In this document: piece by piece, positions 49,526 to 61,388 of the stretch
Layout of the letters: the number at the start of each line of letters is the position of its first letter
Position numbering within the stretch: the stretch's first letter is position 1
Assembly: GCA_001179505.1 (NCBI GenBank)
Contig: CDMY01000170.1
Coordinates: forward strand, 1 to 64,000
DNA length: 64,000 bases
Reading direction: 5' to 3'
From: Vitrella brassicaformis CCMP3155
Lineage: Eukaryota > Protista > Chromerida
Made by a program: the position numbers and the translations under genes
Notes under the pieces: generated by a model
Seen by the model: only the letters and a program-made list of their open reading frames with translations
What the model was told of the DNA's origin: nothing
Database searches by the model: none

Positions 49526-51844
49526 ATGACCGCTGTCGAGCCTCATCTGAGCCGTCTGCCTGATGATGTCGGACGGGAGCTCAAGCGGCACCTCTCGGTC
49601 GCCAGCTGCGGTGCGCTGCGAGCCACATCAAAATGTGGTGGCTGCCATCTCATCAGCGAGGACTACCTGACGCGCCGCCTCGACGATGCCATCCACAACA
49701 AGGACCTCAGCGGCGTGCTGGCCTACAAGAAGCCCCCCACGACGAGCCTGGCGTTTCTGCTGCATTTCGCCACGGCCGTCTACAGCGGCCTGTCGGCGGG
49801 TCTTGCCAAGTTATTCCCACTCATCGTCTTGGTGTCTGTGATGCTTCTCGACCTCCATCCTGTGGTGGCCGCCACGTGCAAGGAGCCCACGGACGGGGCG
49901 GCGTGCGAGTGGCTGGCTTCTTGGGCTCGATTCCTGTTGGCGAGTGGGGTAGTGATTGGTGGCTGGTGGCTGCTTCCGGGCGGCTCCATCTGGGACTCGT
50001 TCTTTGCCCTCCGCAATACTGATGCGGGCGCCCGGTTTTTCTGCGGCCGTGTGGGCTGTCTGGTGGTGGTGGTGGTGACAAGCATTGTCGATTGGAAGGA
50101 ATCGCTGGCCGACCACGTCAGGGGGATCTTCAGCGGTGACCTGAACGGCGCGCTGGACCATTGTGTGTCGATTTCCGCGTCCTTCTATGTTTCTGTCTTT
50201 GCGGCAGAAATAGTCCTGATACCAGTCGGCAACTGGGTGAGGAGAATCAAGTCAGAGATGCCGATGGGCCATGCGGAGTATCTGTTGCGTCTGCTGCACG
50301 TCATGGAGGAGGGCGGCTGCTGGGACCGGACTGTTCAGCTCATCTATTACCTCGAGAACAGCTGCATCATTCCCTCGCTGCCCATTATCATCGCACCGGC
50401 TGACCTGCGACAAGTCGGCAGTCGGGCACTGTTTGACTCTCGGCCACCGGCAGTCCGCCAGCTCTCCCTTCTCATCTACAAATTGGTTCCGGGCCTCTCC
50501 CTGCATGTCCAGCGTACCACCAACAGCCAAGACGATTTGGCCGGCCAAGACGATTTGGGAGAGTTGTTTGGGCCGCACCGGCAGGTGCTGACTTTCCTCC
50601 CCATCGAGGCGCTGATGCCAACGCATCTTCCCTTCAGCTGCGCAGCAAGGGCGGCGGTGGTCATGAAGGAGGGAAGTGAGCACCTTGCCGACGCCGCCAA
50701 AGGGACTGTTGTAGGCTGCCTTGGCCGGCAGGTAATACGGTGCTGTAGCCAGCCAAAGAACGCACGCACGGCGCACAGACATGTCGGTCAGTGTGACTGA
50801 TGGCACGGGTTTGTCAGGTCCGGGCGTTGGCTGCTTTGCCACCGGAGCAGCTGTCGATGCGGATCGATGAGTTCAAGGGATCCCTCATTGGCAATGCCGA
50901 TATTCTCTCACGCCTACTGTCCGAGTTGCAATGACGTACGTACGAGTGCGTCCGTCGCACCCGTGCCATCTGACTGCTGTCCCCTGTCTGTCCGCAGGAG
51001 GAGGCTCGTGTGCTGGACGACATGGCGACCTTGGCGGCGCTCGCCGAGCGACTCGATGGCCAGCGGAGAAAGGCGCTCCTTGAGCTGCTTGGCGCTGGGG
51101 GAAAGCAAAAGGATTCAGTGCTTGTCGCTCTCAGCCACAGCTCAAATGTCAAGGTGAGAAAGGAAGGCAGCACAGATTTGATATCGACTCGGATCAGTGG
51201 CGACAAGGTGATGTGCCGCGTCGTGTAGGTGAAGGATGCGGCAGCTGCGCTGACAGCGACCCTCACGGATGCGATTGCCACCCTCTCCGTCTACCAATCT
51301 GATCCGCCCACCAAACGTGAGAGACCAATCGAAAAAAGGCGGAGAAAAGACAGCACATCACTCACCGTTTGCTCTTCTCGTGCGCCTGATTGTCTCTCTG
51401 TCTCTAGGAGGCAATGACATCTACTCTTCGTTCACGGACTCCATCCTATATCTCGCTTCCCATGCGCCTACTGGGCCTCGCCCCTATCAACTGACCCCTG
51501 ACAGCGTCCTCTCGCCCTCTGAGCAGCGTCGACTCGCAGACAAGCTCAGATTTGAGCTCACCTACAATGTCGTGTGGGGATGCCGCAAGGCGCACAAGGC
51601 TGACGGCAGAAGACCGGACGACCCGAACCGTGACAATCGGGACGAAGCGATAGTCATTCTCTGTGGGGATCGTACGGGTGACGACTTCGCTGCCTCTTTG
51701 TGGGTCGTGCGCCGCAATTGCGGTCCCATGACGGGCCAGACACTGGGGTTCGACATCCGCACCACGGAGACCCCTACGGGAAGCAAGCGTTGCACACAGC
51801 AGTGCTTCCCTCGCACGGCAGCGCTCATCCGCGACAAGCTGTAA
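49526..51844 (+). CDS. F-box-like/lineage-family protein, tandem copy A, with ~175-aa hydrophobic insert; 2-nt deletion gives an in-frame TGA at 50932
   Basis: N-terminus LSRLPDDVGRELKRHLSVASCGALRATSK. Conserved YLTRRLDDAIHNKDLSGVL and EYLLRLLHVMEEGGCWDRTVQL..SRPPAVRQLSL. Last exon YSSFTD..WGC..AIVILCGD..DDFAA..IRTTETP..FPRTAALIRDKL*. Copy A reads CTCTCACGCC where copy B reads CTCTCACCCGCC. Confidence 0.75.
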
Positions 51845-52699
51845 GCATAGGCCTCTCAAGCAAACAGACAGAACAGGTACGACGGCTGACAGAGGGGGAC
51901 CATGGGAACTCCTTTGATAGCCGCTGGCTGACTGCAGGTGGTCGTTTGCATCCTGTGCGGCTGCCTACATGATTTCTTGGGACCTAGCGATGCGACACAG
52001 TGTCTGTTTGTGCTGTACGTATGTATGTACGTATGTATGTACGTATATTTGTGTGATTGGACCGATCCATCTGTAAGGTAAGCTATTTGTGTGTACGTAT
52101 GTAGACAGATTCTCTATCATGTGCTCCTGCTGTAGCTAAGCTAGGCTCGGCTACTCGCTCTCTTTGTCCATCCCTCCCTCTCTCTCTCTCTCTCTCCATC
52201 TATCCATCCATCCTGGCCGTCCATCTGTCGGATTTTGCGAACGTTTTTCCGCCGCCCACCGCAGTGAGACGATGGATGGCACGGTAAGACGGTTGCGTGC
52301 ATCATGTCACACTCATGCTGTCTTTGGGGTGTGCGTGCCGTGGTGTATGGTGGATGTGGAGCAGCTTTTTGATCGGTCGAGAGAACAGCCGGTAACTCCC
52401 CACGTGTGGATGGATGCTGCGTGTGAATGTGGGCTGGTGGATGGGTGTGCTGTATTGTTGATGGCACGGTTGACTGGGCAATTGGTCGGCTGTCTGCTGT
52501 CTGCCTGCCTGCGATACTGCCTGCCTGTGTGCATGGTGTATTCTCTGACGGATTCTCTGCCAGTCTCCCAGCCATGTCGTCGTCTCGCTATCCATAAGCA
52601 TCTCTAAGCCCATCCCACATCTCTATGCCGGTCGAATGTAAGCTCGCAGGAAGGTCTCTCCCCGAGTTCCCAGCCTTGTCAGCAGAGCTGTGAAACACG
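51845..52699 (+). repeat. Conserved intergenic spacer of the tandem array (near-identical to 55084-55921)
   Basis: Both spacers begin GCATAGGCCTCTCAAGCAAACAGACAG and stay near-identical up to GCTATCCATAAGCATCTCTAAGC. Confidence 0.9.
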
Positions 52700-55083
52700 A
52701 TGTGTAGGAGCCGTCCGAGCTGCCTGCCTGACGACATTATAGATGATCTGAAGCGAAATCTGTGTGCCGCCAGCTGCGCTGCTATCCGAGCCACATCAAA
52801 GCGCCTCGGCTGCCATCTCATCAGCGAGGACTACCTGACGCGCCGGCTGGACGATGCCATCCACAACAAGAAACTCAGCGGCGTGCTGACCTGCAAGAAG
52901 CCTCCCACGACGGCACTGGCGTTCCTCCTGCACTTCGCCACGGCCGTCTACAGCGGCACTCGGAGCGGCCTGTTGGTTTGTCTCGCCAAGCTGAGTGTGT
53001 TCATTTTCCACCTCGCCGTCGGGGCGCTCCTGTACTTTTTCGCGCCCCTCTACCCGCTGCACATCGGCTATTGGAAGCTCGTGGAGGTTACGGTCGGCTC
53101 GCAGTGCAAGTGGCTCAGCTTCTGCACGGAGATTTTCCTGCTCGTCTTCCTGCTCCCAAAGGCGTGGGCTTGTATCTCCCCGCGACTTCCACGGGGGTGG
53201 TGGTTGCTTCCAGACGGCTCCGTCATTCTGCGGGCTGGCGACATCCTGGTCGAACTGGCCGAAAGTTTCGACATTATTGCACTGTCTATCGATGGCTATA
53301 CAGGGTGGAAGTTGGCGATATGGGTATTGTTGCTCGCGCGACTCTTCATTCCGAGCGACAGCCACTTAAAACTAGTACTCTTCCCGGCTGACATCCTTAC
53401 GGGAATCTTCAGCGGTGACATCAAGACAGCGGCAGGGAGCTGCATCTATCTGTGCGGGTCCGTCTGTATTGTCTCTTTGGCGTGGCTCAATATGTACCGT
53501 CTACTCGGCAAGTGGCTGGGGAGAATCGTGTCGGAGCGGCCGATGGGCCGTGTCGAGTACTTGCTGCGTCTGCTGCATGTCATTGAGGACGGCGGCTGCT
53601 GGGACCGGACTGTGCAGGTCATCTGTTATCTCAAGAACAGTCACATGATTCCCTCGCTGCCCATCACCATTACACCCGGCGACCTGCGACAAGTCGGCAG
53701 TCGGGCACTGTTTGACTCTCGGCCACCGGCAGTCCGCCAGCTCTCCCTCATCAGCCACAGATTGGTTCCGGGCCTCTCCCTGCAGCGCACCCCCAACGGC
53801 CAGGACCATTTAGGCGAGTGGCTTCGGCACGACCGGCAGGTGCTGACTTTCCTCCCCATCGAGGCGCTGATGCCAACGCACCTTCCCTTCAGCTGCGCAG
53901 CAAGGGCGGCGGCGGCGATGAAAAGGGGAAGTGAACACCTTGCCGACGCCGCCAAAGGGACTGTTGTAGGCTGCCTTGGCCGGCAGGTAACATGACGCTG
54001 AAGCCAGCCCCACGCACGGCGCACATCAATGTGGCTGATTGCACGGGTGTGTTAGGTCCGGGCGTTGGCTGCCTTGCCACCGGAGCAGCTGTCGATGCGG
54101 ATCGATGAGTTCAAGGGATCACTCACTGGCAGTGCCGACATTCTCTCACCCGCCTACTGTCCGAGTTGCAATGACGTACGTACAAGTCCGTCCGTCGGAC
54201 TCGTGCCACCTGACTGCTGTCCTGTGTCTGTCCGCAGGAGGAGGCTCGCGTGCTGGACGACATGGCGACCTTGGCGGCGCTCGCCGAGCGTCTCGATGGC
54301 CAGCGGAGAAAGGCGCTCCTTGAGCTGTTTGCTGCTGGGGGAAAGGATTCAGTGCATTTTCCTGTAAGCGGCAGCTCAAATCTCAAGGTGGGAAAGGAAG
54401 GCAGCACAGATTTGATATCGACTCGGATGAGTGGCGACAAGGTGATGTGCCGCGTCGTGTAGGTGAATTACGCGGCAACTGCGCTGACAGCGACCCTCAC
54501 GGATGAGATTGCCACTGTCTCCGTCTACCAATCTGATCCGCCCACCAAAGGTGAGTGGCCCGGCCGAGATCAGACAGGCGGAAAAGACAGACAGCACGTC
54601 ACTCACTGATTGCTCTTCTGGTGCGCCTCACTGTCTGTCTGTCTGTCTTTGGCCGGCAATTACATCTACTCTTCGTTCACGGATATCTTCCTACATGTCG
54701 CCTCCCATGAGCCTACTCGGCCTCGCCCCCCTTACCCTGACAGCATCCTCTCACTGTCCGAGCAGTGTCAACTCGCAGGCAAGCTCAGATTTGCGCTCAT
54801 CTACGATGTCGTGTGGGGCTGTCGCAAGGCGCACAAGGCCGACGGCAGAGGACCGGACGACCCGGACCGCGACAATCAGGACGAAGCGATAGTCATTCTG
54901 TGCGGGGATCGTGCTAGTGACGACTTCGCTGCCTCTTTGCGGACTCGGCGTCGCAATTACGGTGGCATGACGGGCCAGACACTCTACTTCGAGATCCGCA
55001 CCACGGAGACCCCCGTGACCAGCGATGGTGGCACACAGCAGCGCTTCCCTCGAACGGCAAGGCTCGTCCGCGACAAGCTGTAA
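52700..55083 (+). CDS. F-box-like/lineage-family protein, tandem copy B, with ~210-aa hydrophobic insert
   Basis: SCLPDDIIDDLKRNLCAASCAAIRATSK; same scaffold motifs and exon layout as copy A; the frame appears intact to RDKL*. Confidence 0.8.
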
Positions 55084-55921
55084 GCATAGGCCTCTCAAGC
55101 AAACAGACAGAACAGGTACGGCGGCTGACAGAGGGGGACCATGGGAACTCCTTTGATAGCCGCTGGCTGACTGCAGGTGGTCGTTTCAATCCTGTGCAGC
55201 TGCCTACATGATTTCTTGGGGCCTAGCGATGCGACACAGTGTCTGTTTGTGCTGTACGTATGTGTCTACGTATATTTGTGTGATTGGACCGATCCATCTG
55301 TAAGGTAAGCTATTTGTGTGTACGTATGTAGACAGGTTCTCTATCGTGTGCTTCTGCTGTAGCCAAGCTAGGCTACTCGCTCTCTTTGTCCGTCTCTCCC
55401 TCTCTCTCTCTCCATCCTGGCCATCCATCCATCTATCGGATTTTGTGACATGTTTCCCGCCGCCCACCGATGAGGGCGGCCACCGGTAAGACGTTTGCGT
55501 GCATCATGTCACACTCATGCTGTCTTTGGAGTGTGAGTGCCCTAGTGCATGGTGGCTGTGGAACAGCTTGTTGATCGGTCAAGAGAACAGCCGGTAACTC
55601 CCCACGTGTGGATGGATGCTGCGTGTGAATGTGGGCTGGTGGATGGGTGTGCTGTATTGTTGATGGCACGGTTGACTGGGCAATTGGTCGGCTGTCTGCT
55701 GTCTGCCTGCCTGCGATACTGCCTGCCTGTGTGCATGGTGTATTCTCTGACGGATTCTCTGCCAGTCTCCCAGCCATGTCGTCGTCTCGCTATCCATAAG
55801 CATCTCTAAGCGTCTCTGTGTCTGGGACGAGCCGGTCCAATTTAAGCTCGCAGGAAGGGGAACACAAAGCTGGAGTGTTTGTTTCGCGAAGTTCCCAGAC
55901 AACACAGCAGAGCTGTGAAAG
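55084..55921 (+). repeat. Second copy of the array spacer
   Basis: Near-identical to 51845-52699. Confidence 0.9.
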
Positions 55922-57418
55922 ATGATGAGTAGGAGCCGTCTGAGCTGCCTGCCTGACGACATTATAGATGATCTGAAGCGCCATCTGTCGGCCGCCAGCT
56001 GCGGTGCTGTCCGAGCCACATCAAAGCGCCTCGGCTGCCATTTCATCAGCGAGGACTACCTGACGCGCCGCCTCGACGATGCCATCCACAACAAGAAACT
56101 CAGCGGCGTGCCGGCCTACATCAAGCGCCCCGAGACGGCCCTGCAGCGCGTCACCGCTGTCCGCAGCTCGGTGTCGACATGCCTCAGACATTTTGCCGCC
56201 TTCGCTGTGGAGTGGATCGCAGCTTTGGTCACGATGGCTGCGCTCCTGGCTGTTGTGTTTCTCCTGGTGCCATGGACGCTGAAACTGCATTGGGTCTTGC
56301 AGGTGCCTTTCTGGGCTGCTTCCTTCTATCTCATGGGGACGGTGCCGCACGCGTTGGAACTCTTGGGAGATGAGGGCATGACGCGGGTGCACAACATGGA
56401 GACCGAGGCCTTTACCTACTTTCGAGAAATGTGGCGATCTGCCTGGAGGGCCCTGTGGATATGGGTCCGGTCGAGAGATAGGAAGGTCAGAAGCCGGGTG
56501 GACTACTTGTTGCGTCTGCTGCACGTCATTGAGGAGGGCGGCTGCTGGGACTGGACTGTGCAGCTCATCTATTACCTCGAGAACAGCCGCATCATTCCCT
56601 CGCTGCTCATTATCATCGCACCGGCCGATCTGCGACAAGTCGGCAGTCGGGCACTGTTTGACTCTCGGCCACCGGCAGTCCGCCAGCTCTCCCTCATCAG
56701 TCACCGACTTGTGCTTCAGCTCGAGACAGCCGACGGTCCAAAGACCCTGATAGTGCGTCTTCAACGTCGTGCGAATGGTCAGGAGGATCATTTGGATGGA
56801 CAGCTCCTGACCTTCCTGACGCCCAGTACGGTGCCCGACACGCTGCCCTTCAAAATCGATGAGTTCAATGCATCCGACCCGCCCACCAAATGTGAGTCGC
56901 GGTGAAGAAAAGGGCACCGGGCGGCATGGATAGGCCGGCATGTGTGTGTTTGTGTCTACCGGTCATCAGGGGATCACAACATCTACCCTTCCTTCACGGA
57001 CCTCATCATTCATATTGCCTCGCGGACGGCTCGCTCTCACGACGGCGCCTTCGACGAGCGCCCACGAATTATCATCGCGTCCGAAATCGTGCATGGAAAC
57101 GACCAGCAGCTGCAGTCGGCAGACCGACAAATCGCGGCCAGCCGGGGGCCCGTCTGGGAGGGCTGCCGCAGGGCCGACAAATGTGGCGGCACACCAACTG
57201 CTCACGAGACGATCCTGATCCTCTGTGGGGACAAAGCTGGTGACGAATTCGCCGTCTCCTATGACATCTTCCTCCCTGTGGCGCAGGTTACTGCGGCGGC
57301 TGACATCGTTATCCGCTGGATCATCACGACGGAGCCTCCTGTCACCCGCCATTGTCGCCCGGCGGCCCAGCGCTTCCCTCGTACAGTGGCAGTGGTCCAC
57401 AAAAAACTGCTTAGATAG
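55922..57418 (+). CDS. F-box-like/lineage-family protein, tandem copy C, with a different ~120-aa hydrophobic insert
   Basis: LSCLPDDIIDDLKRHLSAASCGAVRATSK; VDYLLRLLHVIEEGGCW; single intron 56892-56969; IYPSFTDLIIH..WEGC..ILILCGDKAGDEFA..ITTEPP..FPRTVAVVHKKLLR*. Confidence 0.8.
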
Positions 57419-58029
57419 GTGCGCAGAGGAAGGTCTTGTCTTGTGCTGCGCATACCAAGGGTTTGTCTGCTTAGCTGCTGATCGCTGTGTGCGGTTGATC
57501 GATGTTTTTTGGCGGCTGATGCGTCTTTTGCAGTGCTCGATGGCAAGAGAATTCGCGTGTGTATGGCACTTGCAGTGTGGCGAGTAGGTCGATGGCACAG
57601 ACAGGCCGGGTGCATCCTGGTGACTATGGAAGTATTTGTGCATCTGAGACACCATCTTTGTGAGTGTTGCAAATCTCTTGAGCTGCATGTGGTGAACCAG
57701 TGATGAATACACGAGCAAACAGGGACTTGGCAGCTCAGACACGTTCGCACACGGGTACACAAAGGGAAAACCGACATGACAGATATAAAATGTAGACAGT
57801 GATAAATGCCCCCTCCACCCCTCCATCCACCCACCGACATTCACGCAGCGACATCGGCTGCACACGCGCCCATCAGAAGGCCAGCCAGCCGTCGAGTAAT
57901 CCATCACCTCAGTGGCTGGACCGTCCAGAGTTCACCAGCCGCATCAATCAGACACGCCACGCGCCTCCTGGACGGCCGAAAACCACCACAGCAGACACAA
58001 TACAGCCCCTCACCCTCCCTCCCCACTCA

Positions 58030-59520
58030 ACCCTCCTCCACCAGCCCCCTCACGCAATCCACCACGCAGTCGATCGTCTGCTTGGTCTTGTCGATGACAC
58101 ACCGCCCCTCCTCGAGACACGCCACTCGACAGCAGGCCATGCATGCGGCCATCCGCCAGAAGGGGCCCTCCTGGCCACTGTGCACCACCCACACGCCGTC
58201 CTCCTGCTGCCGCCAGTACTCGGCCTCGCCGGTGAAGGCGTTGTCGTACACCAGCCGTCCTCGCCGTCCCCCGCCACACACACTGGAAAGAAGCGGGGGT
58301 ATTTCTTGTCCTGTTGCTGTAGGTGTGGCGGGTTGGGTGGGCTGGGGGCGTGACGGGCTGGTGGTGCGTGTGTGGGAGGGTGGTGTAGACGTGGCGCATC
58401 TGGGCACAAGTCCCGAAAAGTGGGGTTCCACTGCAGTCAGAGGGGAGAGAGAGAGAGACAGACAAACAGACAGACAGGAGGAGGGAACATATGTATGTTG
58501 GATCATGTGTATGCCTTCCTCCTTTATTTCATCTGTGTGTGCGCGACGCACTCACCCGCCCCGGTTTGAAACTAAAGCCCAGCAAGCCCTCAAAGGTCTT
58601 CGGCGGCAGCCCGTCCCTTTCCCGCTCCTTTCGCTCCTGCACACACTCACACACAGAGACAGAAGGATTGTCAGGCGCAGTCTCTCAAACAGCTTCCAGC
58701 AGGCTAAGTGTCTGTCTGTGTGTGTCGTGTCGGCACGTATGTCTGCATCCCTCTCTCTCGGCCTTCCACTCAGACATGCATTCACTCACCCATTCTTGTC
58801 TCGCCCTCCACGTGGCGAAGTCCCGCACCTCGGGGGGTGGCTCAGGCCGTATCACCTCGATGCCCTGCGCCCCCCACCCCCCACGCACAGAGCCAGAAAC
58901 ACAGAATGCAGCGCAGCGCCTGACTGGGTGCGATGAGATAAGGGCTCACGTAGGGCAAGTCGTATACGCGCCGCTTCTCCGGGTTGCCCAGCGTTTCGAA
59001 TGCCTCGTTGACGGTCTGGGCCAGGCGGGTGCTGTTGGCCTTGTTGGTGGCCGCTACGGCCTTGTCGAGGTGGCCGCCGTGCTTCAGCACACACGACACA
59101 GACAGACAGATAGGCAAACGGACATGCAGACAGACAGACAGACAGACAGATGAGATGGTTGCATGACTGATGCACGCACGAATCGATCGGCATTGCAGCG
59201 GTGTCTGTCTCCCCTGGCTACCATCTTCTAGCCCTCATGCTTGTGTCATGCGGGTGTCAGCCACTCACTCACCAGCAGGATGTTGTCGCGCGCCTTCTTG
59301 ATCTCATCTAAAGTGGCGTCTTGGCTGACCCCCAGCAGGGCGTAGTAGCCCATAGGGTCTCGCTCAGGGCGCCGATGTATATGTGTTGCAGATGCCTGTG
59401 TGTCTTCACAAACCATGCTCCTCAGCATGCGCTCGGCCTCTCGCACTTGCTTGAGCTCCTGACGACGAGCACACTGCCTCTTGTACTTCGGCTGCTGGAG
59501 AACATGAAAACTGCCAATCG
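58030..59520 (-). CDS. J-domain (DnaJ-like) protein with HLD in place of HPD; gene boundaries uncertain
   Basis: DPMGYYALLGVSQDATLDEIKKARDNILL|(intron 59272-59082)|HGGHLDK..LAQTVNEAFETLGNPEKRRVYD. Confidence 0.65.
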
Positions 59521-60119
59521 TTTTGTGCATCCTCTTGCGCGCATGCAGAGCCGTTAAGTACCACTTTGCGACCGGCGCTGCCCTGATTACACAAAGAAAC
59601 CAGCCAATAGGATGCGAACAGATGTGTATGCACACTGGCAGCTCCCGGCTAAGCGACGCACCTCGTCAATGTCGGCACCTTCGTTCTCGCCCTCCTTGTC
59701 AGCTGCGCCATTCACATCCTCATCCGCACCGGCCGCCGTCTAAATGGAATATAAAGGTATTGGCCATGGCAGCCAGCGTGTCGTATGTAAGTGTTTCTGC
59801 ACCTGCTCCTGTGCTTTTTGGAGGATGGACGGCATCTATCACCCTCACCTGCTGGTTGTTCTGAGCCCTCGACTGTCTGAACATGTTGGCGATGTCCTGA
59901 CCGACGTGCAGGGGGGTGCGGCGCTCGGCAGGGGCAGCCGGGGGCAGCGGCTGGCCGTAGGGGGGCGAGGGGGGGGTGAAGAAGTACGACAGCCTCGGCC
60001 ACTCGCCCACCGGCACTTCGTCGAGGTACTTGTCATACATCCAGTACCCCCCAGCGAACGAATCCGTACTGTAGAACACCTACATTGACATTGCGTTCAC
60101 AACATGGGTGTGGCAGCAA

Positions 60120-60400
60120 CACGCATTGGCCGGGTCGCGAGCGATCATCTTGCAGATCAGGCCCGCCAGGCCGGGCTCCATCTGCACGTCCGCACACCGC
60201 TGCCGCGCCATATACAGTGGTTGATCGCGTTCATGGGCCACGTGGGGTCACAAATGTAGTTGAGGATGGCCTGATGGACAACGCACACCAGCCGTGTGTG
60301 TGCCAGTCGTGTGTGTGTGTGTGTGTGCGTGTGTGTTGGAGGCAGACCTGTATCTCGTTGTGGCGCCGGTCTTGAGCTCGAGGAGCACCATCCCTGCAGG
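60120..60400 (-). pseudogene. Degenerate protein-kinase C-lobe fragment
   Basis: GMVLLELKTG resembles subdomain IX and GLAGLICKMIARDPAN resembles subdomain XI; they lie in frames I could not join without a stop or frameshift. Confidence 0.35.
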
Positions 60401-61388
60401 CAATGACAAGAGCCAACACACCAAGACACGAACACTCTTTCCCGAGAATGGTGCATCAGTGGAACGGACCGTCATTCTGTGACCACGCTCATTGATGCCC
60501 ACACTGGACAGAGCTCTCGTCTGTTGCTGCCGTGGGAACGCGCCGATAGGGACTTGTGAGCAGCGGTGGTTTTGTTTTTGTTTGTTGTTTGTTTGTTTGT
60601 TTTTTTTCTGTCGGAACAAAGCACCTCGTCTCGTCGAGAATTCGATCGCTGAGTTTCTACATCATGAGTCCCGCGGTCAGAGCGCTACATTCCCGCCAGT
60701 CTCGCCCCCGAGTCGATGCGGCCTCGGATCTAGCACTCTCGACTACCGCACATCGTGCTTGCTCGCCACTGGAGTCGGCAGGCTGAATCGCCGCTAATGA
60801 GTGCTACAGATTCTGGGGCCTCAGGATTATGCTCGCCGGCAATCGGGAGGGAGGGCGAGGGTGAGGGGCGACGAGCAGATGGTTTTCGGTCGGTGGACAA
60901 TGACCTACGAAGAGGTCAGTCGCCGTCGTTCAATGAACACACCGTACCTGACAGCGAACAGACATTGCCGTTCCCAATGTCTGTTCCGACACTTGGGAAA
61001 CGGAGGCGTTGGAGGCAAGACAGGCAGGGAAGGAAGTCAGAATTTTTCTGCTAGCTGCATGTGTTCGATTAGAAGGAGAGTACATGCGTACGGAAGTGAA
61101 GTGGGCTCGCTTTGCTTTGATAGGGGAAGACATACGAACAAATCGAACAACAGAACAAATCGATGGTTTTAATGTGCATACACCCACACGTCCGCGACTA
61201 TGAATGAGCACGGGCGCATTCATGCATGCATCAATCGCCTCTCAAAAATACACGTCTGTCAAGAACACGTACTACCCACTGTATATACACGAAAGACATG
61301 CATACACGTACGAGGAAAGTGAGCAACACACAATCACACGGGCCCACCTTCATGCGCCCTTCCCTCCCTCCCTCTCTCCCTCCCTCCC

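Noticed and set aside
59960-60080. YWMYDKYLDEVPVGEWPRLSYFFTPP as an NDUFA12-like (complex I) motif
   Set aside because: Similarity is limited to VP.EW..PP and the rest of the family signature is absent.
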